From Planctomycetota bacterium (GTDB lineage: Bacteria > Planctomycetota > UBA1135 > JACQFD01), in assembly GCA_016200225.1 (NCBI GenBank), contig JACQFD010000008.1, positions 16,433-80,432 on the forward strand: a stretch of DNA of 64,000 nucleotides. Direction: 5' to 3'. Shown here piece after piece: positions 49,465 to 59,006 of the stretch. The notes under the pieces are model-generated. The model saw nothing but the letters and a program-made list of their open reading frames with translations. It had not been told where the DNA came from and did no database searches. The translations under genes were made by a program, and so were the position numbers. How positions within the stretch are numbered: the stretch's first letter is position 1; every line of letters starts with the position of its first letter.

Positions 49465-50231
49465 GCCGTTGTTTCTCCGCCGTCGATCAGTAAACATTGT
49501 CCGTTGACGCCCGATGCGGAATCGCCGGCAAGATACAATACCGTCGAGGCGACTTCTTCGGGCGAGTACATTCGGTTTTGCGGCGAAAATGATTTGTAAC
49601 TTTCAAGGATCGCGTCGACCGGTTTGCCGGTGCGCGAGGCGACCTGCGCGGCGGCGGCGCGCGTCGAGTCGGCGTCGAGAAAACCGGGCGCGACGAGATT
49701 GGCTGTGATGCCCTCGGACGCGACTTCGATCGCCAGCGACCGCGCCATTCCTAATAATCCATGTTTCGCGGCGGCGTAGGCCGAACAATAACGAAAGCCG
49801 CGGCGCGACGCGGTTGAACCGATATAAATGATCCGTCCGAGGCGGGCGGCGCGCATGCCGGGCAGCACGGCGCGCGACATGTAAAATGCGGATGTTAAAT
49901 TTAATGAAAGCATGCGCGCGAACGCCGCGTCGTCGGTCGCGTCGAGCCGGGAGGTGTGCGCTCCGCCCGCCGCATGGCACAAAACGCCGGCCGTTCCGTG
50001 TTCGCGCTTCGCCGCGTCGACCGCGCGCGCCACGTCCGCCGGATTGGTAACATCCGCGGCGATCGCGATCGCGGAGGGAGCGCCCGCGCGGCGGCATGCA
50101 TCGGCAACGGCTTCGATCTCCGATTTCGTGCGCGCGATGCAGGCAACGCGATCCCCGGCCGCCGCGAATGCGAGCGCGCAGGCGCGGCCGACGCCGCGAC
50201 CGGCGCCCGTGACAAGAACATTGCGATTCAC
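49461..50231 (-). CDS. Short-chain dehydrogenase/reductase
   Basis: TGAGRGVG, YAAAKHG (YxxxK), NLVAPGF. Confidence 0.95.
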   Translation of the reverse strand: MNRNVLVTGAGRGVGRACALAFAAAGDRVACIARTKSEIEAVADACRRAGAPSAIAIAADVTNPADVARAVDAAKREHGTAGVLCHAAGGAHTSRLDATDDAAFARMLSLNLTSAFYMSRAVLPGMRAARLGRIIYIGSTASRRGFRYCSAYAAAKHGLLGMARSLAIEVASEGITANLVAPGFLDADSTRAAAAQVASRTGKPVDAILESYKSFSPQNRMYSPEEVASTVLYLAGDSASGVNGQCLLIDGGETTA

Positions 50232-50286
50232 GCCGCGACGTTCGCGCGCGCCCGTTCAAACTTCAAGAAGAAATCCACCAAATGAA

Positions 50287-50309
50287 GCGGGGCGCGTATT
50301 GCGCCCCGC
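50287..50309 (-). terminator. Hairpin, possible terminator/attenuator upstream of the SDR
   Basis: GCGGGGCGC-5 nt loop-GCGCCCCGC followed by TTCATTT on the minus strand. Confidence 0.45.
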
Positions 50310-50816
50310 GGAACTTGTCGCAGTAGCAATTCTACTACTGCAAACCAAACTTACTTTTGCGAAACCGGCCTCGGAGCCCTTTCGCGGGCGTCCATCGGCG
50401 GAATGCAAACAACTGAATTTTCTGTAGTGGGTTCATTTGAGGAACCGACGGCAGAAGTTACACGCCCAAATGAGCCCACTACTGAAATTTCCGCGCTCGA
50501 GAGTCGGCGAATTCGCCGACGATTGCGCTCACCGCGCTCCCGGCGCCGTCGCGCTCGCCGAGGGGCGAATGCGCTTGTTAAAATCGGTGCCATATCCATT
50601 TATGTTAGAGATAACGAAACTGTTGACTTGTTACTTGTGACTGTTACTTGTGTAATTCCACATTTCGACCGTTCAAGGCTGGAGCTTGAAAGAATTTCCT
50701 GTTCGAAAATTCCTCCGGCCGCGGCGACTCCATGAGTCTGGGCGCCGTTCGTCAAGAATGCATGAACGGTCCGTGAATTAAATTCGAACGGGAATCGCCC
50801 GCGTTTTTATTCTGAG

Positions 50817-51758
50817 TTAACCTTTGTCTTTGTCCTTATCCTTGTCTTTGTCGGAAGCGCCGCCGTCGTCCTTTTCTTTGTCTTTTTCTTTGTCTTTCGA
50901 TTTGGATACGGGCGCCTTCTTCGAATGTTTGTCCGAACCAGATTTCTTATCTTCATCCTCGTCGGGATTCGGTAGCGGCGGCTCTTCGCCCTTGTCGACG
51001 GCTTCGACAATGGTCTTGGCCTTCACCCAATCATCATAATTCTTCAGGAATGCGGACTCTTCCTCGTCGGGATAGAGATGTTTCGCTTTTTTGGCAATAA
51101 TCGCTTTGTACTTATCCTCGCCCCAGCCCTGGTCGACCGGAAAGCGATCCATCATGTGCTGCGCTTTTTCGATCGCCGCCTTTTTGTTTTTTAATTGTAA
51201 TTTTTTCAGCGCTTCGGCGGCGGCTTTTGCGTCCGCTTCGCGCTCTCCGTCGCGATTGGCCGCGCGTTTTTGTAGTTCGCCGAGCCGTTCCTCGGCTTCC
51301 GCGTCGCGTTGCGCCTTCGCCTCTTCATATAGTTTCTGCTCGAGCTCGCGAACCTCGAGTTCGCTCACGCGCGCGAGCGTGGCGACGGATTGAATATCTT
51401 TATAAGGAACGAACAAATAATTTTGTCCTGGACGCGAAAACCAGATCCGTACTCCCGCGTCTTTTTCGTCCTTGTCGGCGATCGAAAAGTTAAATCCCTC
51501 GGCGTGCTCGGCGTAGCGATGGTTCTTTACAATTCCCACGAGCTTCTGGCCATTGTTTAAGTTGATCTGGACGCGGTCGTGGTAGACGTCGTCGGCGCCG
51601 CGCGACGCCGGCCGCGATTCGCGCGATTCGGCCGCGGGTTTGCTGGCGCTCTTCTGGTCGCCGGAACCGCCGCCCACGAGCGCTAGAGCCGCGGTGGCGC
51701 ACAGAAATTGACCGAATGGCAGGGATAACATGTTTGTCGACAAGGCTTTCAATCGCAT
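50817..51758 (-). CDS. Hypothetical exported protein with helical core and K/D-rich tail
   Basis: Signal-like segment (FLCATAALALVGGG), charged coiled coil, DKDKDKDKG C-terminus. Start 51758 or 51731. Confidence 0.65.
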   Translation of the reverse strand: MRLKALSTNMLSLPFGQFLCATAALALVGGGSGDQKSASKPAAESRESRPASRGADDVYHDRVQINLNNGQKLVGIVKNHRYAEHAEGFNFSIADKDEKDAGVRIWFSRPGQNYLFVPYKDIQSVATLARVSELEVRELEQKLYEEAKAQRDAEAEERLGELQKRAANRDGEREADAKAAAEALKKLQLKNKKAAIEKAQHMMDRFPVDQGWGEDKYKAIIAKKAKHLYPDEEESAFLKNYDDWVKAKTIVEAVDKGEEPPLPNPDEDEDKKSGSDKHSKKAPVSKSKDKEKDKEKDDGGASDKDKDKDKDKG

Positions 51759-51926
51759 GGCGTTTCGATCTTCGGCGCGAAAACAAAGCGCCGGATCTCC
51801 TCTTCCTTCGTCGCGAATCCGTTCAATCTTTAGCGTTCTCCGACGGTTATGCGCCGCGGCGCCCTTTGGTAACAACACGAGCCCTCCGGAAGGGGCCGGC
51901 GGGCTCGTTGAATTTTAAGTTTCGAA

Positions 51927-52172
51927 TTATTCCATTCCCGCGACCGGCGAAGGCATCGGCGCAACGGCGCGATGGTCCTCTTCCGGCGTCAATTCGATCA
52001 ATCCCTGTTGCATTTCGAGAAATGCAATTTTGATGGGATTCTTCTCTCGCGTGTCAATGAGCGGAATGGCTCCTTTGATCAATTCGCGCACGCGCTTTTG
52101 TAGTAAAGCCGTTTTGTGGAACGATCCGCCAACGAAATCCTGAAGCGAAGTGGGTAGTGAAGAATCAGTCAC
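51927..52172 (-). CDS. rpoZ: RNA polymerase omega subunit (planctomycete type)
   Basis: GTG start 52172; GGSFHKTALLQKRVRELIKGAIPLID...IAFLEMQQGLIEL resembles the omega consensus. Confidence 0.7.
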   Translation of the reverse strand: MTDSSLPTSLQDFVGGSFHKTALLQKRVRELIKGAIPLIDTREKNPIKIAFLEMQQGLIELTPEEDHRAVAPMPSPVAGME

Positions 52173-52369
52173 GTTTTTTTTTCGGTTTTTGGGGGCGGCG
52201 GCGATGAATTCGTATCGCAGGGACCGGCGCGAGGCCGGGAGCGCCCGGAGAATCGAGCGAAGTAGTGTGCGCTGAAGGGGATGTTTGTTCAAGGGTGTGC
52301 GTCGCGGCGCATGGTCTAATCTTGCGCGCAAACGCCCCTGAATCGGCGTCGCCCCCAAACATTCAACGC

Positions 52370-54328
52370 ATGATCGCGAAGTCGCACAGCCCCGCAACCA
52401 TCACGCAATTCATGACGCGCAACCTGGCGCGCGTCGAAAAGCCCGCTCAATACGTCGGCGGCGAATTGAATCAAATCCGAAAAGACCCGGCCGCCCTTTC
52501 GGTTCGCTCGGCGTTTCTGTATCCGGATGTTTACGAAATCGGGATGAGCCATCTCGGGCTGCGGATTCTTTATCATATTATTAACGAAAGACCGGCGTGG
52601 TCGGCCGAACGCGCGTTTCACCCAGGCGCCGACATGGAGACCGCGATGCGCGAAGCGGGCGTGCCGCTCTGGTCGCTGGAGACGCGGACGCCGTTATGTC
52701 AATTCGATATTGTAGGATTCACGCTACAATACGAAATGTCGTATACGAATATCGTATGCTGCCTCGATCTCGGCGGCATTCCGATCCGGCGCGAAGACCG
52801 TTCGCTCGAACATCCCATCGTCATCGCCGGCGGCGCGGGCGCGCTCAATCCGGAAGTGATCGCGGACTTTATCGATTTATTCGTTCTCGGCGACGGCGAG
52901 GACGCGATTGTACAATTCTTCGAAGCCTACGAAAGCGAACGCGGCAAACACGCGACGCGCCGCGAATTATTAAGAGCGCTCGTCGAGAAATGTAAATTCT
53001 TATACGCGCCCGAATTTTGGGAACCAAGTTATCTGGACGACGGCCGCATTCGCGAATATAAGGCTCTCGACGGCGTCGCGCCGTCGCGCCGCTCGGTCGT
53101 GTACGATTTGGAAAACGCGCCGTTTCCTACAAAACCCGTCATCGCGCACACGCAGACCGTCCACGATCGCATTACAATTGAGATCATGCGCGGCTGCGTG
53201 CAGGGATGTAAATTCTGCCAGGCCGGTTACGAAAAACGTCCGCAGCGATTCCGTTCGAAGGAGAAAGTGCTCGAGATCGCGCGCGAATCTTATATCAATA
53301 CCGGCCACGACGAAATCGGGCTCACGTCGCTCTCTTCGTCCGACCACCCCGAACTCGGCGGAATGATGGATTTGTTAAATGCGGAATTCGGCGAACGCCG
53401 CGTCAACCTTTCGCTGCCGTCGCTGCGCGTGAACGAGCAGGTGATGGAACTGCCGAAACGTATCAAAAGCGTCCGCAAAAGCGGCCTCACGCTCGCGCCC
53501 GAAGTGGCGTCGAACCGCCTGCGCCGGATTATAAATAAAAATATTTTGAACGAAGATTTATATAATGGCGCCGAGGAGGCCTGGAAGAACGGCTGGAAAA
53601 CGATCAAACTCTATTTTATGATCGGAATTCCGGGCGAAATCGAGAGCGATCTTCGCGAAATCGTTACGATGGCCGAGACGGTGTCGCGATTACGACAAAA
53701 AGCCGGCCGCGGCGGCGCCGGAAAAGTAAACGCCGCCGTTTCGACATTTGTACCAAAGCCGCACACGCCGTTTCAATGGCATGGACAAATGCCGCTCGAA
53801 CAGGTGCGGCAACATCAGCGACAATTGTATCATTGGAAAAACGACCGCGCTGTAGAATTAAAAATGCACGATTCGGAACGATCGGTGATCGAAGGCGTGC
53901 TCTCGCGCGCCGACCGGCGGCTCGGGCGCGCGATCGAAACCGCGTGGCGGATGGGCTGCCACCTCGACGCGTGGGATCCGTATTTTCAGTATGATTTGTG
54001 GCTGCGCGCGTTCGCGGAAAGCGGCATCGATCCGATCTGGTATGCGAATCGTCCGCGCAAAAAAGATGAAGTCTTCGCGTGGGATCACATCGACGGCGGC
54101 GTGAATAAGTTATTTCAATGGATCGAATATGAAAAAAGCATCGCGCAGGTCGAAACGCCCGAATGCCAGGTGGGCGGCTGCGGCGACTGCGGCGTCGGCG
54201 CGCGCAATTGCGTTTCGATCAAGGCGGTCACCGGTTATTTTGGATATTCCATGCCGGCCGAGAAAGCTAAATTTAAGGAACCGAAGTGGGACCACGCCGC
54301 GGACGCCGCGGAACTCGCGAAATCGTAG
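52370..54328 (+). CDS. Radical SAM protein, TIGR03960-like (B12-binding-like domain plus radical SAM)
   Basis: VEKPAQYVGGELN, PDVYEIGMSHLG, IMRGCVQGCKFCQAG (CxxxCxxC), TLAPE, KLYFMIGIP. Confidence 0.9.
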   Translation: MIAKSHSPATITQFMTRNLARVEKPAQYVGGELNQIRKDPAALSVRSAFLYPDVYEIGMSHLGLRILYHIINERPAWSAERAFHPGADMETAMREAGVPLWSLETRTPLCQFDIVGFTLQYEMSYTNIVCCLDLGGIPIRREDRSLEHPIVIAGGAGALNPEVIADFIDLFVLGDGEDAIVQFFEAYESERGKHATRRELLRALVEKCKFLYAPEFWEPSYLDDGRIREYKALDGVAPSRRSVVYDLENAPFPTKPVIAHTQTVHDRITIEIMRGCVQGCKFCQAGYEKRPQRFRSKEKVLEIARESYINTGHDEIGLTSLSSSDHPELGGMMDLLNAEFGERRVNLSLPSLRVNEQVMELPKRIKSVRKSGLTLAPEVASNRLRRIINKNILNEDLYNGAEEAWKNGWKTIKLYFMIGIPGEIESDLREIVTMAETVSRLRQKAGRGGAGKVNAAVSTFVPKPHTPFQWHGQMPLEQVRQHQRQLYHWKNDRAVELKMHDSERSVIEGVLSRADRRLGRAIETAWRMGCHLDAWDPYFQYDLWLRAFAESGIDPIWYANRPRKKDEVFAWDHIDGGVNKLFQWIEYEKSIAQVETPECQVGGCGDCGVGARNCVSIKAVTGYFGYSMPAEKAKFKEPKWDHAADAAELAKS

Positions 54329-54355
54329 TTTTCGAACAGTAAATATAATTTTCGC

Positions 54356-55804
54356 GTGGATCTGAGAGCGCAAATTCTGCAACGGGAGCTCGAAGCTTCC
54401 TCGCTCGAACCGCCGGCGGCCGAACGCGAGCGGCTGCGCGGCGCGGTTGTAAATTATACCGAAGAATTCCTCGGGCGGATCCGCGAGGCAAAGGCGTTTT
54501 CCGACCCAGAGGCGGACGCCGCGGATATTCTTAAACTAACGATCGACGGCGCGCCGCGTCCAATCGCGGACGTTCTGCGCGCGATCGGCGCGTACATCGA
54601 CGGCCCCGGGCTCAATCCGGCGTCCGGCGGCCACCTCGGTTACATTCCCGGCGGCGGAATTTACATTTCCGCGCTCGGCGACTACCTCGCGGATATAACC
54701 AATCGCTTCGCGGGCATTTTTTACGCGGGGCCGGGCGCCGTTCGGATCGAGAACCAACTGATCCGCTGGATGGCCGATCTATTGGGGATGCCGGCGGAGG
54801 CCGCGGGCAATCTCACCTCCGGGGGAAGTCTTGCTAATTTGATCGGCATCGTGACGGCGCGCGATGCTAAGAATGTTCGCGCGCGCGACGTCGAAAGTTC
54901 GGCGATTTATTGTACGTCGCAGGCGCATCATTCGGTGGACAAGGCGATCCGAATCGCGGGATTGCGCGAATGTAAAATTCGCAATATCGAACTCGACGAT
55001 CGTTATCGAATGCGCGCCGACGCGCTCGAACGCGCGATCGCGGAAGATAAAGAAAACGGCGTCCTCCCTTTCGTCATCATCGCGTCCGCGGGCACGACCG
55101 ACGTCGGCGCGGTCGATCCGCTCGAAGCGATTTCCAGGATCGCGCGGCGCCACGATTGCTGGTTTCACGTCGACGCCGCCTACGGCGGATTCTTTATATT
55201 AACGAAAGAAGGCAAAACGAAACTCCGCGGCATCGAACTCGCCGATTCGGTGGCAATCGATCCGCACAAGGGTTTATTCTTACCATACGGACTCGGCGTC
55301 GCGATCGTCCGCGACCGCAAACATCTGCACGCGGCGCATTATTATCTTGCAAATTATATGCAGGACGCGCGCGGCGCCACCGGGGAGGCCTCCCCCGCCG
55401 AACTCTCGCCCGAATTGACGAAACATTTCCGCGGCATGCGCCTCTGGCTGCCCTTGCAATTGTTAGGAGTCGCGCCGTTCCGCGCGTGTCTCGAGGAAAA
55501 ATTGTTACTTGCGAAATATTTTTATCGACGCATCCGCGAAATCGGTTTCGAAACGCGCGTCGAGCCGGAATTGTCGGTCGTGACGTATCGTTATATTCCC
55601 AAAAACGGCGACGCGAATGAATTTAACCAAAGACTCATCCGCGAAATCGTGAAGGACGGCCGCGTATTCATTTCGTCGACCATGCTCGACGGCAAATTCA
55701 CGCTGCGTTTCGCGTGTCTCGCGTTTCGCACGCATCTGGAGACGGTGGATTTATTACTTTCAATGCTGGAAGAGAAAGTAAATTCAATCGCGGCGGGAAA
55801 ATAA
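54356..55804 (+). CDS. Group II PLP-dependent decarboxylase (aromatic amino acid/glutamate decarboxylase family)
   Basis: TSGGSLAN, AGTTDVGAVD, HVDAAYGG, DPHK (PLP lysine). GTG start. Confidence 0.9.
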   Translation: MDLRAQILQRELEASSLEPPAAERERLRGAVVNYTEEFLGRIREAKAFSDPEADAADILKLTIDGAPRPIADVLRAIGAYIDGPGLNPASGGHLGYIPGGGIYISALGDYLADITNRFAGIFYAGPGAVRIENQLIRWMADLLGMPAEAAGNLTSGGSLANLIGIVTARDAKNVRARDVESSAIYCTSQAHHSVDKAIRIAGLRECKIRNIELDDRYRMRADALERAIAEDKENGVLPFVIIASAGTTDVGAVDPLEAISRIARRHDCWFHVDAAYGGFFILTKEGKTKLRGIELADSVAIDPHKGLFLPYGLGVAIVRDRKHLHAAHYYLANYMQDARGATGEASPAELSPELTKHFRGMRLWLPLQLLGVAPFRACLEEKLLLAKYFYRRIREIGFETRVEPELSVVTYRYIPKNGDANEFNQRLIREIVKDGRVFISSTMLDGKFTLRFACLAFRTHLETVDLLLSMLEEKVNSIAAGK

Positions 55805-56605
55805 ATATATTATTTCTGGCGGCGCGCCGTCCGGGACGCGCTCGACGGCGAAACCCCATCCCCCTCCGACTTTGTAAAGGCGCGACTTCACATTCCAGCC
55901 GGACGCCTCGTTCAATATCGTCCGGGCGTGCGCGGGCGAAATCGCATCCGAGGCCTGAACGACGGATTTATTGTAATGTTCCACGAGCGTCGCGACCGCG
56001 ACGCGTCCGCCCTGCGTTAGGATTTCGCGAATGCAAAAGCGGTGGAACGGATGTAATGAATTCCATTCGCTCGCGTTCGTCTTCAATTCGACGGGTGGCG
56101 GGCCGGCCTCGGAAATCGACCAATTTGATATATTAGATGCGTCCGCGGAATCCGGCGCATTGTCCTTCGACAGCGCCAGACAAAGATTCCGCAGTTCCGC
56201 GTGCAGCGCGGGACGATCCGCCGCCGGAAGGATTCGAAATGAATATAAAACTTCGCCGCGAATCTTAATATCGTCTCCACCGGTTTCGCCCGCGCGCCGA
56301 AGGACGAATCGCGCGAGGCGAACGGGAAATGGTAGATTTTCGTCGCAGGGTTTCAGTAGTTGTATCCGTTTATTTGTATCCAGCGCGGCGTTGTGCAATA
56401 TTCCGATCCATTCCTGAATGTCGGTTTCGCCGGGAAATCCCTCCGTCGATTTTCGTTTCGCCGGAACCTCCCGATTCGCGGCTCCGGGGCTTCGATTCGT
56501 ATTCTCGGAATCATTCATATCAAATCGCGACGGTTCCGCGCCTTCGGAGTCCGATGTTAAAAACATGGCGTACGGGTGCGTGTCGTCGCTGTCGGAGTTT
56601 ATCAT
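55784..56605 (-). CDS. Hypothetical protein
   Basis: 273 aa ORF with plausible composition; no recognised motif; start uncertain. Confidence 0.45.
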   Translation of the reverse strand: MINSDSDDTHPYAMFLTSDSEGAEPSRFDMNDSENTNRSPGAANREVPAKRKSTEGFPGETDIQEWIGILHNAALDTNKRIQLLKPCDENLPFPVRLARFVLRRAGETGGDDIKIRGEVLYSFRILPAADRPALHAELRNLCLALSKDNAPDSADASNISNWSISEAGPPPVELKTNASEWNSLHPFHRFCIREILTQGGRVAVATLVEHYNKSVVQASDAISPAHARTILNEASGWNVKSRLYKVGGGWGFAVERVPDGAPPEIIYLFSRRD

Positions 56606-56964
56606 GATCGGACATTCACTAAAAAGGAATGCCGCCGTCGTGTGTTGTCATTCTTTACACACGCCGCGGGACGGTGTTACCAATGGAATGAGCGAATCGG
56701 GCCGATTGTTAATTGTTTCGTCGAGCCGCCCACCACGACGGAGTGGCGGCGCGCGCGCATGCGGGTTTTTTCCGCCGCCGGAGCGGCCTCGCGACTGGAG
56801 GCGCGAGAACAGACCGCCGGGACATTGGAACTGTTGTCGGATAGACTCGAGGAAGCGCTGTCGAGACCGAGCCGAATGAAAGGCAAAATTCGCGACCGAA
56901 AACACGAATTCCCGGTCGATAGAAATCGGACTCGCAACAAATAAACATAATTAAAATTCATCCA

Positions 56965-58833
56965 ATGCGCATTCGAAGTCTTTTTCCGCCCGGACCGATC
57001 GACCCGCGCCGCATGCGAACGCGCGCGTCGTTCGTTGCGCGGCGGCTTAATTTAATTCACGTCTGGCGATGGGTGTGGCTCGCGGGACTCGTCGGATGCG
57101 TCGCGGGATTGGGCGCGCTGCTTTTCCAATGGTTGACGGAACAGTGCATCGAAGTGTTCTGGGGCCGCGTCATCGGTTACACGCCGCCCGGCGCGGGCGG
57201 CGAGCCCTTTCCGTACGCGGCCGCGGCAGGCCCGCCGTCCGCGTTATTCTTAATTCTCGCCCCCGCCGTCGGGGGCGCGATCTCGGCTTTTTTAGTATAT
57301 CGATTCGCCCCCGAGGCGCAGGGCCATGGAACCGACGCCGCCATTCGCGCATATCACAAAAACAACGGGCGGATCGATCCCAAGGTTCCGATCGTTAAAT
57401 TATTCGCTTCGGCGGCGACGCTCGGCTCGGGCGGAAGCGCCGGCCGCGAGGGGCCCATTGCACAAATCGGCGCGGGATTCGGAAGCCTTCTCGGGCGGAT
57501 CTTGAATGCATCCGATCGCGACCGAAGAATACTAATGGCCTCCGGACTCGGCGCGGGAATCGGCGCGATTTTTCGCGCGCCCTTCGCGGCGGCGCTGTTC
57601 GCCTCGGAAGTTTTATATAGCGAGCCGGACATGGAACCCGACGTCGTGCTACCCGCGCTGCTTTCGACGATCACTTCGTATTGTATCTATTGTTCCGTGC
57701 ATGGATTCGGCCATCTCTTCACCGGAACGGAGGGATTTGCATTCTCGCATCCGCTTGAATTGTTACCATACGCGGCCCTCGGTGTCATCGTCGCATGCGC
57801 GGCGATTCTTTATGTAAAAGTTTTTTACGGCGTCCACGGATTTTTCAAAAAACTTAATATTACCAATTATGTCAAACCGATCATCGGCGCGGGATTGACG
57901 GGCGCTCTCGGTCTCGCCGCATGGAAGATCGCCGGGAGCACGAGCGTCCTCGCGATCATGGGATCGGGCTACGGAACGCTCCAGCAGGCGGTGCGTTCGT
58001 CGGCGGGCGCGGGTCCGACAATTATTATATTACTTATCGTCGCCTTCGGAAAAATTGTAACGACGGCCCTCACGATCGGCTCGGGCGGCAGCGGCGGCAT
58101 TTTCGGTCCCGCGATGGTCATCGGCGGCTGTCTCGGCGCGGCGGTCGGGGCGATTGCCCACGATTGGATGCCGACGATCGTCGTCGACGCGGGTCCGTTC
58201 GCAATTGTAGGAATGGCCGGATTTTTCGCCGGCGCCGCGAACGCGCCAATATCCACGGTCATCATGGTCGCGGATCTGACGGGCAATTACGGTTTATTGT
58301 TACCTTCGATGGTCGTCGTTTCATTAAGTTATCTGATCGCGAAGCGCTGGACGATTTATCGCGAACAGGTCCCGACCCGCACGGACTCCGACGCGCATCG
58401 CAACGAAATCATGATCGACGTCCTCGATAGTCTTATGATTACGGATATTCTGATTCCGGTCCGGTCGATCGACGCAGTCTCGATCAATGCAAGCATTGCG
58501 GAACTGCGCGGCGCGGCCGCCGCAAGCCGCCAGTCGTTGATTCCCGTTCTTTCGGACGGAAATAAACTATCGGGCCATTTTGAAACGCAACGATTGAAAC
58601 ATCTGCTCGCGAATCCGGAGTACTCCGGCGCCGCCGCGCTCGACGCCGGGATCCGACGCGACATTCCGTGTCTTTCGACGCGCGACACATTACAAAAAGC
58701 ATTTATAGCATTCGCCGAACATGACTATAATGAACTGCCGGTTCTATCCAATGAAACGACGCGCGAACTCGCGGGATTCATAACGCGCAAGTCCGTGATC
58801 GCGTCGTACCTCGGCCGCAGGACGAAACATTAA
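56965..58833 (+). CDS. ClC/EriC chloride channel family protein with CBS pair
   Basis: GSAGREGP, GSGGIFGP, GNYGLL motifs; multiple TMs; two C-terminal CBS-like domains. Confidence 0.92.
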   Translation: MRIRSLFPPGPIDPRRMRTRASFVARRLNLIHVWRWVWLAGLVGCVAGLGALLFQWLTEQCIEVFWGRVIGYTPPGAGGEPFPYAAAAGPPSALFLILAPAVGGAISAFLVYRFAPEAQGHGTDAAIRAYHKNNGRIDPKVPIVKLFASAATLGSGGSAGREGPIAQIGAGFGSLLGRILNASDRDRRILMASGLGAGIGAIFRAPFAAALFASEVLYSEPDMEPDVVLPALLSTITSYCIYCSVHGFGHLFTGTEGFAFSHPLELLPYAALGVIVACAAILYVKVFYGVHGFFKKLNITNYVKPIIGAGLTGALGLAAWKIAGSTSVLAIMGSGYGTLQQAVRSSAGAGPTIIILLIVAFGKIVTTALTIGSGGSGGIFGPAMVIGGCLGAAVGAIAHDWMPTIVVDAGPFAIVGMAGFFAGAANAPISTVIMVADLTGNYGLLLPSMVVVSLSYLIAKRWTIYREQVPTRTDSDAHRNEIMIDVLDSLMITDILIPVRSIDAVSINASIAELRGAAAASRQSLIPVLSDGNKLSGHFETQRLKHLLANPEYSGAAALDAGIRRDIPCLSTRDTLQKAFIAFAEHDYNELPVLSNETTRELAGFITRKSVIASYLGRRTKH

Positions 58834-59006
58834 CGATTGAGGGGCGCGGACGGCGTCCGAGTCGCGCACATTCCCCAGACCGGTGTCGCAATCCGCGTTC
58901 GCCTGGACGGCGCGTCGTCCGTTCCCGACGCCGAAGCGTCAGTTTCGCGATCGTTCCGCCGGAAATCCCCTGCGCCGACGCCCACCGCAACCGGTACATT
59001 CACGCC

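Noticed and set aside
50255-50282. TCCACCA as a tRNA/tmRNA 3' end
   Set aside because: No T-loop (GTTCRANYC) or acceptor stem at the right spacing
50817-50960. GACAAG/DKDK low-complexity repeat
   Set aside because: Simply encodes a charged disordered C-terminal tail
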